From contig CDROCS010000973.1 of NCBI GenBank assembly GCA_977020255.1, positions 124,001 through 188,000 on the forward strand: DNA of 64,000 nt, written 5' to 3'. A program made the translations under genes and the position numbers. The notes under the pieces are model-generated. The model was not told the DNA's origin. It ran no database searches and was given only the letters and a program-made list of their open reading frames with translations. Source of the stretch: Obrimoposthia wandeli (lineage: Eukaryota). Positions 50,060 through 60,918 of the stretch are shown one piece after another; position 1 is the first letter of the stretch, and each line of letters begins with the position of its first letter.

Positions 50060-51087
50060 TTTGTTTTCTTAAATGTATTGTTAAACTTGTCTTGGCCCCG
50101 TACGTGAAATGTATTAGTTGTCCGGAATCATCTCTAATATTTACTTCAATATTGTTTATAGAAAATAGAGAAACTGGAAGACACATTGGTTGATCTATAC
50201 ACATACCGACAGCGTCCACATCTTTAGTTTCATTTTGAGAAATCCATATTGGAACTTGTTGTCCTTCTACAAGCGTTGATTCTATTAAATTAGTATAAAT
50301 ATATAAATGATTAACAACATTTAAAAGTGTTGCCTTATTTTTAGCTTTTATGGTTTTTATTGTATGGATTTCAAATGTGTTTATGTTTAAACCAAGGTTT
50401 TATGCGAGTTTATCATCAAATAAAACTCGTATTATATTTCTCTTTACTGTAAACGTTATTTTACCATTTTTAATGTTACACATTTATCTAAATATTCACT
50501 ACATTCCTTCTGTATTAATTTACAGAAATTCACTTCACTATCTAATTTATAATCTTTTGAAAACACTTTTAGTTCCACTTCATACTTTGGTCTCGTTTCA
50601 ACTAAAAACACTTTTGTTATTCTATCAGGAACATTTTTAAACGATTTAGATGAGGCTATATCAGATCTCTTCATACCTACTACATGTCCACTGTCAAAAC
50701 CGAAATGGAGAGTTTCTTTATCAGATCCAAATATAATTTGAATAGGTTTTAAAAAATGTTTTATTCGATTTTTAAATCTGACTTTGTAGTTTTCATATAT
50801 TACTTTCACTTCTTTATCTGTACAATTGTAATAGAATTTTCCTTTACTATCAAACCCAATCACAACTTCAATTGATTTTTCATGATCAACTTCTTTGTAA
50901 ACAAAATATGTGAGTTTTTTTTGATAGTAATTGGAGAATAATAAAAGGAAAATTATGTTAAAGCCGCTTCCCATTCTCCTTGGAGATTTATAGGATTTTC
51001 CCAATCGACAATAAAGGTACTAGCGTAATTATCTGGTTGAGTCTTCGGATATCCGTTACTAGGTAAAACCATATATATAGACTTCAT
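50037..51087 (-). pseudogene. Minor capsid protein (penton, PX type), frameshifted
   Basis: N-terminal IYMVLPSN; C-terminal LYIYTNLIESTLV..QQVP...INNIEVNIRDDSGQLIHF...SLTIHLRK. Confidence 0.8.
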
Positions 51088-51088
51088 A

Positions 51089-52105
51089 TTATATTAGATG
51101 CTGATATCCAAGTTGGATCTGAATAACCATGCCATTTAACATAGTATTGTTTATGTTTACTGGCACCCTTAATATTTTTTGAATACGGAAAACGCTAGGT
51201 TTATTTGATATTACTTGTAGTTCTTGCTCGTAAAATTTACTGTGAACGATATTATTGTCAGCATCTTTAATAGTATACATTATTGGATTACTCTTTTGAT
51301 CAATTTTACTTATACAAAATATTTCATCGCTCCAATTCTGATCAAAGTTTTTAATAAATGGAGTAGAGCTAATTTTCGAAATTCGAACATATTCGTTTTT
51401 CTTATATTTAGCTTTTTTAATATTTTCTTTTTTATTCCTTTTCATCCAAATGTCCAAAGAGTTTTTATTAGTAACATCAACAGATCTCATTCCCTTGAGA
51501 CCTCTATGTTCAGAGTGATTATATGCATGTATTATTTTAGGTAAAACTTGGATCCATATTTTATTTCCATCTTTTGTGAAATACTTTTTTATTCGATCTC
51601 TTAAACTACGATTAAATCTTTCTACTACTGCTGCTTTGTATTGTGAAAACACAGAGTAATGATTTATATTATTTTGTTTAAATAATGATTGAACTTGCTT
51701 ATTATAAAATTCTTTTCCTAAATCAGTTTGCACATTTTGTGGAATGTCCTCTTTTAATATTTCTTTAATGGCTTCAAGCATAGCTATTGAAGACTTTGCT
51801 TTAACTGGAATTGCACGAGCAAACCTGCTAAATACATCAATACATGTTAAAATATATCGATATCCCTTATTAATGGAAGAATATGGGATCATCTCCATCA
51901 AATCCATTTGCCATAAATTATTAGGACCGCTGTTTTTGTAAACTCTAGTTGGAAACCTTCTTCTCATCGGCTTGTTCAGACTGTAGGCTAACTGATCGCT
52001 CAGCCATTTCTGCGTTTTCTTGTAATTTTGTTTTGTTCTTTTTGCTAATTTTGAAACTCCTGTGTAGCCAATTGGATCTTTTGGATTGAACCATATCTTC
52101 TCCAT
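51089..52105 (-). CDS. Retroviral-like (rve) integrase, chromodomain tail frameshifted
   Basis: LWQMDL...YILTCIDVFSRFA...QTDLGKEF...KAAVVERFNRSL: intact D-D-E triad. Confidence 0.95.
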   Translation of the reverse strand: MEKIWFNPKDPIGYTGVSKLAKRTKQNYKKTQKWLSDQLAYSLNKPMRRRFPTRVYKNSGPNNLWQMDLMEMIPYSSINKGYRYILTCIDVFSRFARAIPVKAKSSIAMLEAIKEILKEDIPQNVQTDLGKEFYNKQVQSLFKQNNINHYSVFSQYKAAVVERFNRSLRDRIKKYFTKDGNKIWIQVLPKIIHAYNHSEHRGLKGMRSVDVTNKNSLDIWMKRNKKENIKKAKYKKNEYVRISKISSTPFIKNFDQNWSDEIFCISKIDQKSNPIMYTIKDADNNIVHSKFYEQELQVISNKPSVFRIQKILRVPVNINNTMLNGMVIQIQLGYQHLI

Positions 52106-52163
52106 TACAACAATTTGAATAGAAAGAAAATTTAAATTTTGGTAAAGAAGAGTTAGCACCCAT
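51945..52163 (-). CDS. Putative overprinted 72-aa MG-start (myristoylation-like) ORF overlapping the integrase 5' end
   Basis: MGANSS...CC...basic cluster; same length and stop position in the other arm (58940-59158). Confidence 0.45.
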   Translation of the reverse strand: MGANSSLPKFKFSFYSNCCNGEDMVQSKRSNWLHRSFKISKKNKTKLQENAEMAERSVSLQSEQADEKKVSN

Positions 52164-52191
52164 ATCATTAGGTGATTTTTGAATTAATTGT

Positions 52192-52521
52192 TTATGAACG
52201 TGTCGCAGCTATAATACTACTGATAATTGAAGCAACAACTGGAATAACAGCCCCTAGGAAACCACCATTCTTTATAAGAATAATATTTCGTTTCCTTTTT
52301 TTACTTTTTACATTAGCAATATCTAGAAGAGTTTTTCTATATTTCTTTAATATATTTTTCCGATTTCCAAGTTTTACTCGACCCAAAACTATAATATACA
52401 AAACTTCCAATAAATCATCTACAACAAAAGATGGAAATGCTTTAAGAATAATCATTCTCTTATGAGAAGAGGCTTTGACCAAAGCTTTAAAATAGGGTAT
52501 GCTTCTTTATATTTTCTTCAT
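52192..52521 (-). pseudogene. Conserved small basic Polinton protein ending in GGFL plus hydrophobic helix; premature stop after codon 4
   Basis: MKKI*RSIPYFKALVKAS...GRVKL...KRKRNIILIKNGGFLGAVIPVVASII. Confidence 0.72.
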
Positions 52522-52551
52522 TTTAATAAAAAGGTTCAATTTGAATATTGT

Positions 52552-52692
52552 TTATATTCGAAGCCATTTAAGTTTTTTTTGATTTCTAACTACAGATTTG
52601 ATTAATTTTTTCACTTCTTTTTTCTTAATGATTATTTTATTTGATTTCTTAGGCTTTGTTTTACGTTTTACTATCAACATCGTAAAAGGCAT
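52552..52692 (-). CDS. 46-aa Lys-rich micro-protein
   Basis: MPFTMLIVKRKTKPKKSNKIIIKKKEVKKLIKSVVRNQKKLKWLRI; 18 of 46 residues basic; below the ORF-track cutoff. Confidence 0.45.
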   Translation of the reverse strand: MPFTMLIVKRKTKPKKSNKIIIKKKEVKKLIKSVVRNQKKLKWLRI

Positions 52693-52699
52693 TGTAAAT

Positions 52700-53190
52700 T
52701 TATCTTTTATAATTGTTCTCTATTTGTTTATAAACAGTTACTCCCTTAGAATTAAAAATATCGGTTAAAACACGTAAATCATCTGGGCAAGCTTGTGTAA
52801 AGTCAATAAATATATACCCATGTGCTTGCTTAGCAGCATCCTGGAATGAATCAACTAGAAAGTTCTTATTTTGGGGAAACGCCTGTCAGGCCACAAAATC
52901 TACAACTGTTTGATCTCTAGGATTTTTAAATAAAACTAAGTAATGTACATTAAGATTTCTTGTTCTATGGTGACCTCCTTGGTGAAAAAGATTTTGAGTG
53001 ATAAATATAACTGTTACTTAACGATGTCTTGCAATCTTCGTAAATAAATTAGTAAAGTCTGATTCCTTGTTAGCTTCCTGATACAAATCATCAATTATTA
53101 TTACATCTCCTTTTTTCAATCTTTCACACCAATTTGCATCAAATCCTTCAATAAATTGTATTCCCTTCAACTTGCAAACTTCTGTTTTGG
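52700..53190 (-). pseudogene. Packaging ATPase (A32/FtsK-like), C-terminal half only
   Basis: Walker B VIIIDD, LFTKIARHR*VTVIFITQNLF, YLVLFKNPRD, HGYIFIDF; Walker A region is missing, replaced by a (GTGGT)n tract. Confidence 0.9.
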
Positions 53191-53194
53191 TTAA

Positions 53195-53556
53195 TCCACA
53201 CCACACCACACCACACCTCACCACACCACATTACACCACACCACACCACACCACAAACAACACCACTGAAACACTCCACCCACCGCCCTCCCCATAGGGG
53301 CGGGCTCCATTCTCGCGAAAATAACTACAAAAACATGCGCTACAGTATCACTTTACCTCTCACAACTACACATGTAGACAACCCGTGTCATACCCAAGAC
53401 CCTAACATACACCGCACACCGCCCGCCCCTTTGGGGCAGGCTTCATTCTTGATCTTTAGGCACGAAAAACATTACAAAAAATAAATTATTTGAATAAGAC
53501 GCAATTTTTTTTTCGCCAAATTTAAAATTTTCAAAATGGCTTTTAAACAAAAAAAA
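53195..53556 (+). repeat. TIR-internal segment: (CCACA)n, GC hairpins, promoter-like module
   Basis: Matches the reverse complement of 33180-33395 and the left TIR at 27041; inverted copy at 57557-57910. Confidence 0.85.
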
Positions 53557-53572
53557 TAAAAAATTTTAAAAA

Positions 53573-53843
53573 AGAGTTTTATCGAAGTCATCAATATTAT
53601 CGTTCCAAAGCCAATATTTAAGCATTTCCTCTATTCCTTCTACATTCCTTATGGAGGTTTACATGCTGTTTGTATTGTTATTGTATTTTTATCTCTTTCA
53701 ATGAGTGTTAAAACTGTCTGACATTATCTTTAAAAAAATAGCATACCTAGCTTTGATTTTAATGGAAGGAATGTAGAAGGAATAGATGAAATGCTTAAAT
53801 ATTGGCTTTGGAACGATAATATTGATGACTTCGATAAAACTCT
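53573..53843. repeat. About 77-bp inverted repeat pair (53573-53650 and 53766-53843)
   Basis: gagttttatcgaagtcatc...ctacattcctt versus aaggaatgtag...gacttcgataaaactc. Confidence 0.88.
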
Positions 53844-54599
53844 CTTTGAAAATAACTTATTTACTATGTATTAATGAAATCGTTAATTTTCATTCAATGT
53901 CTTAATATTCATTGATTAAAAGTATTTTTTAATGTCTAATGAAGATAGAATCCATTTATATGAACCAAAACTATTAATAGTAATCATAAAGATTTCACCC
54001 GATTTTTTATAAAAATATGATGACTTTATCAATACTCAGAAGTTGTTTCTTTAAGTTTTCCTTAATACCTATTGACTTATAAGTAGCTATTTACAACATC
54101 ATTGATTATTTTCAACTATAAAATCAATAATTGGGAATATGCCCACTAATCGTTATTACTCAATATCTAACCTAAACCTCTAACTTCTAATACTCTAATT
54201 CTAATATTCTAATTCTAACACTAACATCATTTTCCAAAATATATGCGAAAAATTTACAAGAAGATGGTAAAAGTTTGAATAATATCTCTGCTTTTGTAAA
54301 AATTGTCTTCGTTATGACTGAAATATGAGTAAAATACTTATGATTAATTTTTGGTATAACTCGCTTTGAAGCAGTATAAAGCTGAAATTCAATATGATCG
54401 CTTATATCATAATCTTAAATGAAATGACCGGAATTTTGATAAAATACGATTTCACTACAGTTTTAGAACAGTAGTCTTATTTCCCTTCTAAACCACCAAA
54501 ATATCTTCTAACTCACATTAAATTTCCTTTCAAAGTAAAATATATCCTATATTTTTTCTTTTGAATCCTACTAACCTTATATACATCGTTTTATTTTCA

Positions 54600-55450
54600 T
54601 TCAATCTAGCTATCTAGGCTATATTTACCAAAACCTCCTAAACATCCCTGCTAAATCCCTTCTAAACCCTTCAAAGCTTTAATCTGAACCATCTAAACAT
54701 CATCGTTAAATTTCCCTCTAAATTCATCTAATTTCTTCTGAAACCTCCTGAACTCCCCGTTAAATTTTCCTCTAAATTCATCTAATTTCTTCTTCTGAAA
54801 CCTCTTGAACTCCCTGTTAAATCTCCCTCTAAATTCCTTTAATTTCTTCTGAAACCTCCCCATATAAATTCTCCTCTGAACCAATTTAAGTTATATTTCC
54901 TCTTCTGAAACCTCTTGAAATATCCGTTAAATCCTCCTTTTATCTCCTTTAAGGTTATATTTTCTCTTCTGAACTCTTCGGTTAAATTATCTTTGGAACC
55001 CTTTAATTTCCCCTATGAACCAATTTTAGGTTTTAATTTCTTTTTTCTGAAACTTCCTAAATACTCCTTTTAAATACTTCTCTAAACACCTTTTAAGGCT
55101 ATATTTTCTGATACCTCCTAAACATTCCTGCTAAATCTTTTCTAAACCCTTCAAATCTATAATATATCTTCTGAAACCTCTTGAACACTTTTTCAATTTG
55201 TCTTTTATAACCATTCTATGCATTAATATTTCTTCTATAACCTTCTAAATACCTCGTAAATTTCCTCTTCTATGTAATAAATTATTTTATAAACTTCCTA
55301 AATTCCATTCCTAAATCTCTTAAATAAATCACATCAATTTCACTTCATAATCCAATCTAGGCTATATTTTTGATACCTCCTAAAAGTATCGTTAATTTCT
55401 CCTCTGAACCGCTACTTATCTTTAATCTTCTATGTATTAATTACTCTTCT
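54600..55450 (-). repeat. Degenerate tandem repeat region with coding-like units (RFQKKLDEFRGKFNGEF)
   Basis: Recurrent ttctgaaacc and cctctaaattc motifs with about 54-57-bp local period; strong pyrimidine skew on the + strand. Confidence 0.65.
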
Positions 55451-56842
55451 ATAGAACCTTTTGAACAAATCGTGAGTTTCTCTTCTAAAACTCTATCCAT
55501 TATTTTATATTCTTAAACCTTATAAACACCCATGTCATATCTCATCTAAATGTAACAAATCTCATGCATCTTCTTAATTTCTCTTATAGAACCTTTTATG
55601 TATAATTTCTTTACTAGACCGATTTATTTGAAGTAATAAATCGACTGGTTGTTGATGTTTGAAAATAAGTTTCCATAATATTGATAACATCAATGAATCA
55701 ATAAGCTTGTAGAGTTTTGCAAGAATTTTCTTGTTTGATATATCGATCAATGAAAAATTATGTTTTGAGAATATAGTTATCAATAGACTCAAGTAATATG
55801 AATAAATTATGACTGAGATAAATACATACTCTAAACATTATTGAATAAATTATATCAATAAATGATACTTGAAAATAATTTTAGGTTTAAATGAATCGAA
55901 AGAGAGAATATAATTTAATCCATTTCTAGTCCTGATGTAATAATTTCTAAACAAAATGTTCCAATATAGTATTGATATCCGATGTTTACTAGTGATAATT
56001 TAATTAATTATTTATTACATAGATTAATTTCCTTAAATAAGCTAATCTTCAAACAATATTCTTTGAAACTAATCATTTTTTAGTAACAAAACTTTTAAAG
56101 ATTCTTTTACAAAAAAACCTTTTTAAAAGAAAGTAGAGAACATTTTAGATTTAATGAATCATTTTGAAATTTAATAAAATTCTTAGTTAAAGATGCAGAT
56201 TAATAATATACTCTTGATTGTAAATTGACTAATTGATGAAAGTAATCTCTCTAATTATCCGTATAATTGTCCGTAATAAACTCTCACTTATTGATCATTA
56301 TATACTCTCTTCAAATTATATCTTTATTACACGGAGGAATCCTTTAAATATGTTGAAGAGAAATCCAATTAGTGCATCTACCATATAAGAAACCATGAAA
56401 ACTTTATTGACGCGCTGGCACATAAGAATCGTCAGGAAATACAACTTATTTGTTCTGAAAGTAATTTTGTTCTTAAACTAAAATCAAAGAAAATTTATAG
56501 AAATATGGGTAAATTCATTGAAAAATGATCAATTATTTGCATTATAAATTGCATTATTCTAAAAATCCTTGATAAATGTATCTTCTAATCTATAAATTGA
56601 CTGAAAATCGAACTTTCTAATTCGAAATTTACATTATTCAGAAAAATTACACAGTAAATTCATTTGTCAACTAAAATCCTTATAAATAATCTAAGATTCA
56701 ACTTTGTATCTTAATTTACATTATTCTGAAATATACACGATAAAATGTATTCTAAAATCTATAAATATAAACATAAAATGATTAAAAATCGAACTTTTTA
56801 TATCCAAATTAGAATTTTTTTCTAAAGTGTCATAATGTAGAC

Positions 56843-57346
56843 GTGCAAGCTACACTGTTGTCTGCAATGATTTCAGATGGATTATTAGACACATCAAATT
56901 TTTTTATAAACCATCCTTTAGCCAATACTGCGATAGGCAAGTTTAAGGATGAGAGTAAGCAATGTAGATATAAGCAATGGGTATTTTTATGCTCCAAATC
57001 ATATAGCTTAGAAACTATAGACGGAAAGTCCCAGATGAGAGCAAAGGGAATTAGCCTTAAGCCGACTGTGCTACGCCATGCGAATTATTTAGCTGCATAT
57101 GAGAGTGGGGTTAGTGAACGAGTGCAACAACAACGCATTAGTTCAATTAATCACCAGCTCTATACCGTAAATATGAGTAAGATCGCATTGAGTAGAAATG
57201 ACGATGAGAGAAAATGGGTAGAGAAAAACCGGTCAGTTGTCTACGGACATCATAGATATCCAGATAATTTTTCACTTGAATATTGTTTTTGTATGTTTGA
57301 ATTTGTATGTCACAAATTTATTGTACCTAATTTTCTCTTTGGTTAA
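56843..57346 (+). pseudogene. C-terminal fragment of a second, divergent pPolB
   Basis: LDTSNF..NHPL...IGKFKDE...KSYS...RAKGI...KIALSRNDDERKW...VYGH; clearly different in sequence from 47400-47811. Confidence 0.88.
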
Positions 57347-57914
57347 ATAAATATTTGTATCCAATTCGTCTTTTTCTAAGTTTAAAATTTTAATTCTAAA
57401 GTATAAAAGTTCTGTGTAAAATTTTAATTCTAAAGTATAAAAGTTCTGTGTAAAATTATTTTTTTTAACTATAAAAATTATTGTAAAAAATTATATGGAA
57501 AATTTTATTATTAAAAAATAAAAAATTTTGTAAACAATTTTATTTGAATTTTAAAATTTTTTTGTTTAAAAGCCATTTTGAAAATTTTAAATTTGGTGCA
57601 AAAAAAAATTGCGTCTTATTAAAATAATTTATTTTTTGTAATGTTTTTCGTGCCTAAAGATCAAGAATGAAGCCTGCCCCAAAGGGGCGGGCGGTGTGCG
57701 GTGTATGTTAGGGTCTTGGGTATGACACGGATTGTCTACATGTGTAGTTGTGAGAGGTAAAGTGATACTGTAGCGCATGTTTTTGTAGTTATTTTCGCGA
57801 GAATGGAGCCCGCCCCTTTGGGGCGGGCGGTGGGTGGAGTGTTTCAGTGGTGTTGTCTGTGGTGTGGTGTGGTGTGGTGTAATGTGGTGTGGTGAGGTGT
57901 GGTGTGGATTAACC

Positions 57915-58403
57915 AAAACAGAAGTTTGCAAGTTGAAGGGAATACAATTTATTGAAGGATTTGATGCAAATTGGTGTGAAAGATTGAAAAAAGGAGATGT
58001 AATAATAATTGATGATTTGTATCAGGAAGCTAACAAGGAATCGGACTTTACTAATTTATTTACGAAGATTGCAAGACATCGTTAAGTAACAGTTATATTT
58101 ATCACTCAACATCTTTTTCACCAAGGAGGTCACCATAGAACAAGAAATCTTAATGTACATTACTTAGTTTTATTTAAAAATCCTAGAGATCAAACAGTTG
58201 TAGATTTTGTGGCCTGACAGGCGTTTCCCCAAAATAAGAACTTTCTAGTTGATTCATTCCAGGATGCTGCTAAGCAAGCACATGGGTATATATTTATTGA
58301 CTTTACACAAGCTTGCCCAGATGATTTACGTGTTTTAACCGATATTTTTAATTCTAAGGGAGTAACTGTTTATAAACAAATAGAGAACAATTATAAAAGA
58401 TAA
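57915..58403 (+). pseudogene. Packaging ATPase C-terminal half (right-arm copy)
   Basis: Near-identical inverted copy of 52700-53190 with the same stops. Confidence 0.9.
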
Positions 58404-58410
58404 ATTTACA

Positions 58411-58551
58411 ATGCCTTTTACGATGTTGATAGTAAAACGTAAAACAAAGCCTAAGAAATCAAATAAAATAATCATTAAGAAAAAAGAAGTGAAAAAATTA
58501 ATCAAATCTGTAGTTAGAAATCAAAAAAAACTTAAATGGCTTCGAATATAA
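58411..58551 (+). CDS. 46-aa Lys-rich micro-protein (right-arm copy)
   Basis: Same translation as 52552-52692. Confidence 0.45.
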   Translation: MPFTMLIVKRKTKPKKSNKIIIKKKEVKKLIKSVVRNQKKLKWLRI

Positions 58552-58581
58552 ACAATATTCAAATTGAACCTTTTTATTAAA

Positions 58582-58911
58582 ATGAAGAAAATATAAAGAA
58601 GCATACCCTATTTTAAAGCTTTGGTCAAAGCCTCTTCTCATAAGAGAATAATTATTCTTAAAGCATTTCCATCTTTTGTTGTAGATGATTTATTGGAAGT
58701 TTTGTATATTATAGTTTTGGGTCGAGTAAAACTTGGAAATCGGAAAAATATATTAAAGAAATATAGAAAAACTCTTCTAGATATTGCTAATGTAAAAAGT
58801 AAAAAAAGGAAACGAAATATTATTCTTATAAAGAATGGTGGTTTCCTAGGGGCTGTTATTCCAGTTGTTGCTTCAATTATCAGTAGTATTATAGCTGCGA
58901 CACGTTTATAA
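58582..58911 (+). pseudogene. Small basic GGFL-tail Polinton protein (right-arm copy)
   Basis: Two amino-acid differences from the left copy in the 96-aa ORF; same premature TAA. Confidence 0.72.
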
Positions 58912-58939
58912 ACAATTATTTATAAAATCAGTTAAAGAT

Positions 58940-59158
58940 ATGGGTGCTAACCCTTCTTTACCTAAATTTAAATTATCTTTCTATTCAAATTGTTGTAATG
59001 GAGAAAATATGGTTCAACCCAAAAGATCCAATTGGCTACACCGGAGTTTCAAAATTAGCAAAAAGAACAAAACAAAAATACAAGAAAACGCAGAAACTGC
59101 TGAGCAACCAGTTATCCTACAGTCTGAACAAGCCGATGAGAAGAAGGTTTCCATCTAG
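58940..59158 (+). CDS. Putative overprinted MG-start ORF (right-arm copy)
   Basis: MGANPS...CC...; 72 aa, about 10 substitutions versus the left copy, no stop. Confidence 0.45.
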   Translation: MGANPSLPKFKLSFYSNCCNGENMVQPKRSNWLHRSFKISKKNKTKIQENAETAEQPVILQSEQADEKKVSI

Positions 59159-60020
59159 AGCTTACAAAACCAGCGGTCCTAATAATTTATGGCAAATGGA
59201 TTTGATGGAGATGATCCCATATTCTTCCATTAATAAGGGATATCGATATATTTTAACATGTATTGATGTATTTAGCAGGTTTGCTCGTGCAATTCCAGTT
59301 AAAGCAAAGTCTTCAATAGCTATGCTTGAAGCCATTAAAGAAATATTAAAAGAGGACATTACACAAAATGTGCAAACTGATTTAGGAAAAGAATTTTATA
59401 ATAAGCAAGTTCAATCATTATTTAAACAAAATAATATAAATCATTACTCTGTGTTTTCACAATACAAAGCAGCAGTAGTAGAAAGATTTAATCGTAGTTT
59501 AAGAGATCGAATAAAAAAGTATTTCACAAAAGATGGAAATAAAATATGGATCCAAGTTTTACCTAAAATAATACATGCATATAATCACTCTGAACATAGA
59601 GGTCTCAAGGGAATGAGATCTGTTGATGTTACTAATAAAAACTCTATGGATATTTGGATGAACAGGAATAAAAAAGAAAATATTAAAAAAGCTAAATATA
59701 AGAAAAACGAATATGTTCGAATTTCGAAAATTAGCTCTACTCCATTTATTAAAAACTTTGATCAGAATTGGAGCGATGAAATATTTTGTATAAGTAAAAT
59801 TGATCAAAAGAGTAATCCAATAATGTATACTATTAAATATGCTGACAATACTATCGTTCACGGTAAATTTAACGAGCAAGAACTACAATTAATATCATAT
59901 AAACCTAGCGTTTTCCGTATTCAAAAAATATTAAAATCTTAGGGTACAGGTAAACATAAACAATACTATGTTAAATGGCATGATTAGTCAGACCCAACTT
60001 GGATATCAGCATCTAATATA
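58998..60020 (+). pseudogene. rve integrase with chromodomain tail (two late stops)
   Basis: D-D-E intact; tail FRIQKILKS*GTGKHKQYYVKWHD*SDPTWISAS fits a chromodomain (YYVKW...TW). Confidence 0.93.
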
Positions 60021-60022
60021 AT

Positions 60023-60918
60023 ATGAAGTCTATGTATATGGTGTTACCTAGTAACGAATGCCCGAAGACTCAACCAGATAATGACGCTAGTAACTTTATT
60101 ATCGATTGGGAAATACCTATAAATTCTATTACAATTGTAGAGATAAAGAAGTGAAAGTAATATTTGAAAATAACAAAGTCAGATTTAAAAATCGATTAAA
60201 ATATCTTCAAGTTATTAAAATTAACTTTGAATTTAAAAAAGAAGTTCTTCAATTCAGTTTTGATAGTGAACAAACAGTACCTCGTAAAAAACGGCATATA
60301 GCCCCATGTAAATCAGTTAGAAATGTTCCTGATAGAGTAGCAAACGTGTTGTTACTTGAAACGAGACCAAAGACTGTAGTGGAACTGAAAATGTTTTCAA
60401 AAGATTATAAAATAGATAGTGAAGTGGATTTATGTAAATTAATACAGAAGGAATGTAGTGAATATTTAGATAAATGTGTAACATTAAATGGTAAATTAAC
60501 GTTTACGGTAAAGAGCAACATAAAACGGGTTTCATTTGATGATAAACTCACTAAAAACCTTGGTTTAAACATAAACACATTTGAAATCCATACAATAAAA
60601 ACCATAAAAGCTAAAAATAAGGCAACACTTTTAAATGTTGTTAATCATTTATATATTTATACTAATTTAATAGAATCAACGCTTGTAGGAGGACAACAAG
60701 TTCCAATATGGATTTCTCAAAATGAAACTAAAGATGTGGACGCTGTCGGTATGTGTATAGATCAACCAATGTGTCTTCCAGTTTCTCTATTTTCTATAAA
60801 CAATATTGAAGTAAATATTAGAGATGATTCCGGACAACTAATACATTTCACGTACGGGGCCAAGACAAGTTTAACAATACATTTAAGAAAACAAAATGGC
60901 GAATCAGGCAATAATTGA
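60023..60918 (+). pseudogene. Minor capsid (penton), internally deleted and frameshifted
   Basis: MKSMYMVLPSNECPKTQPDNDASNFIIDWEIP, then ORF 60106-60918 ending SLTIHLRK. Confidence 0.82.
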
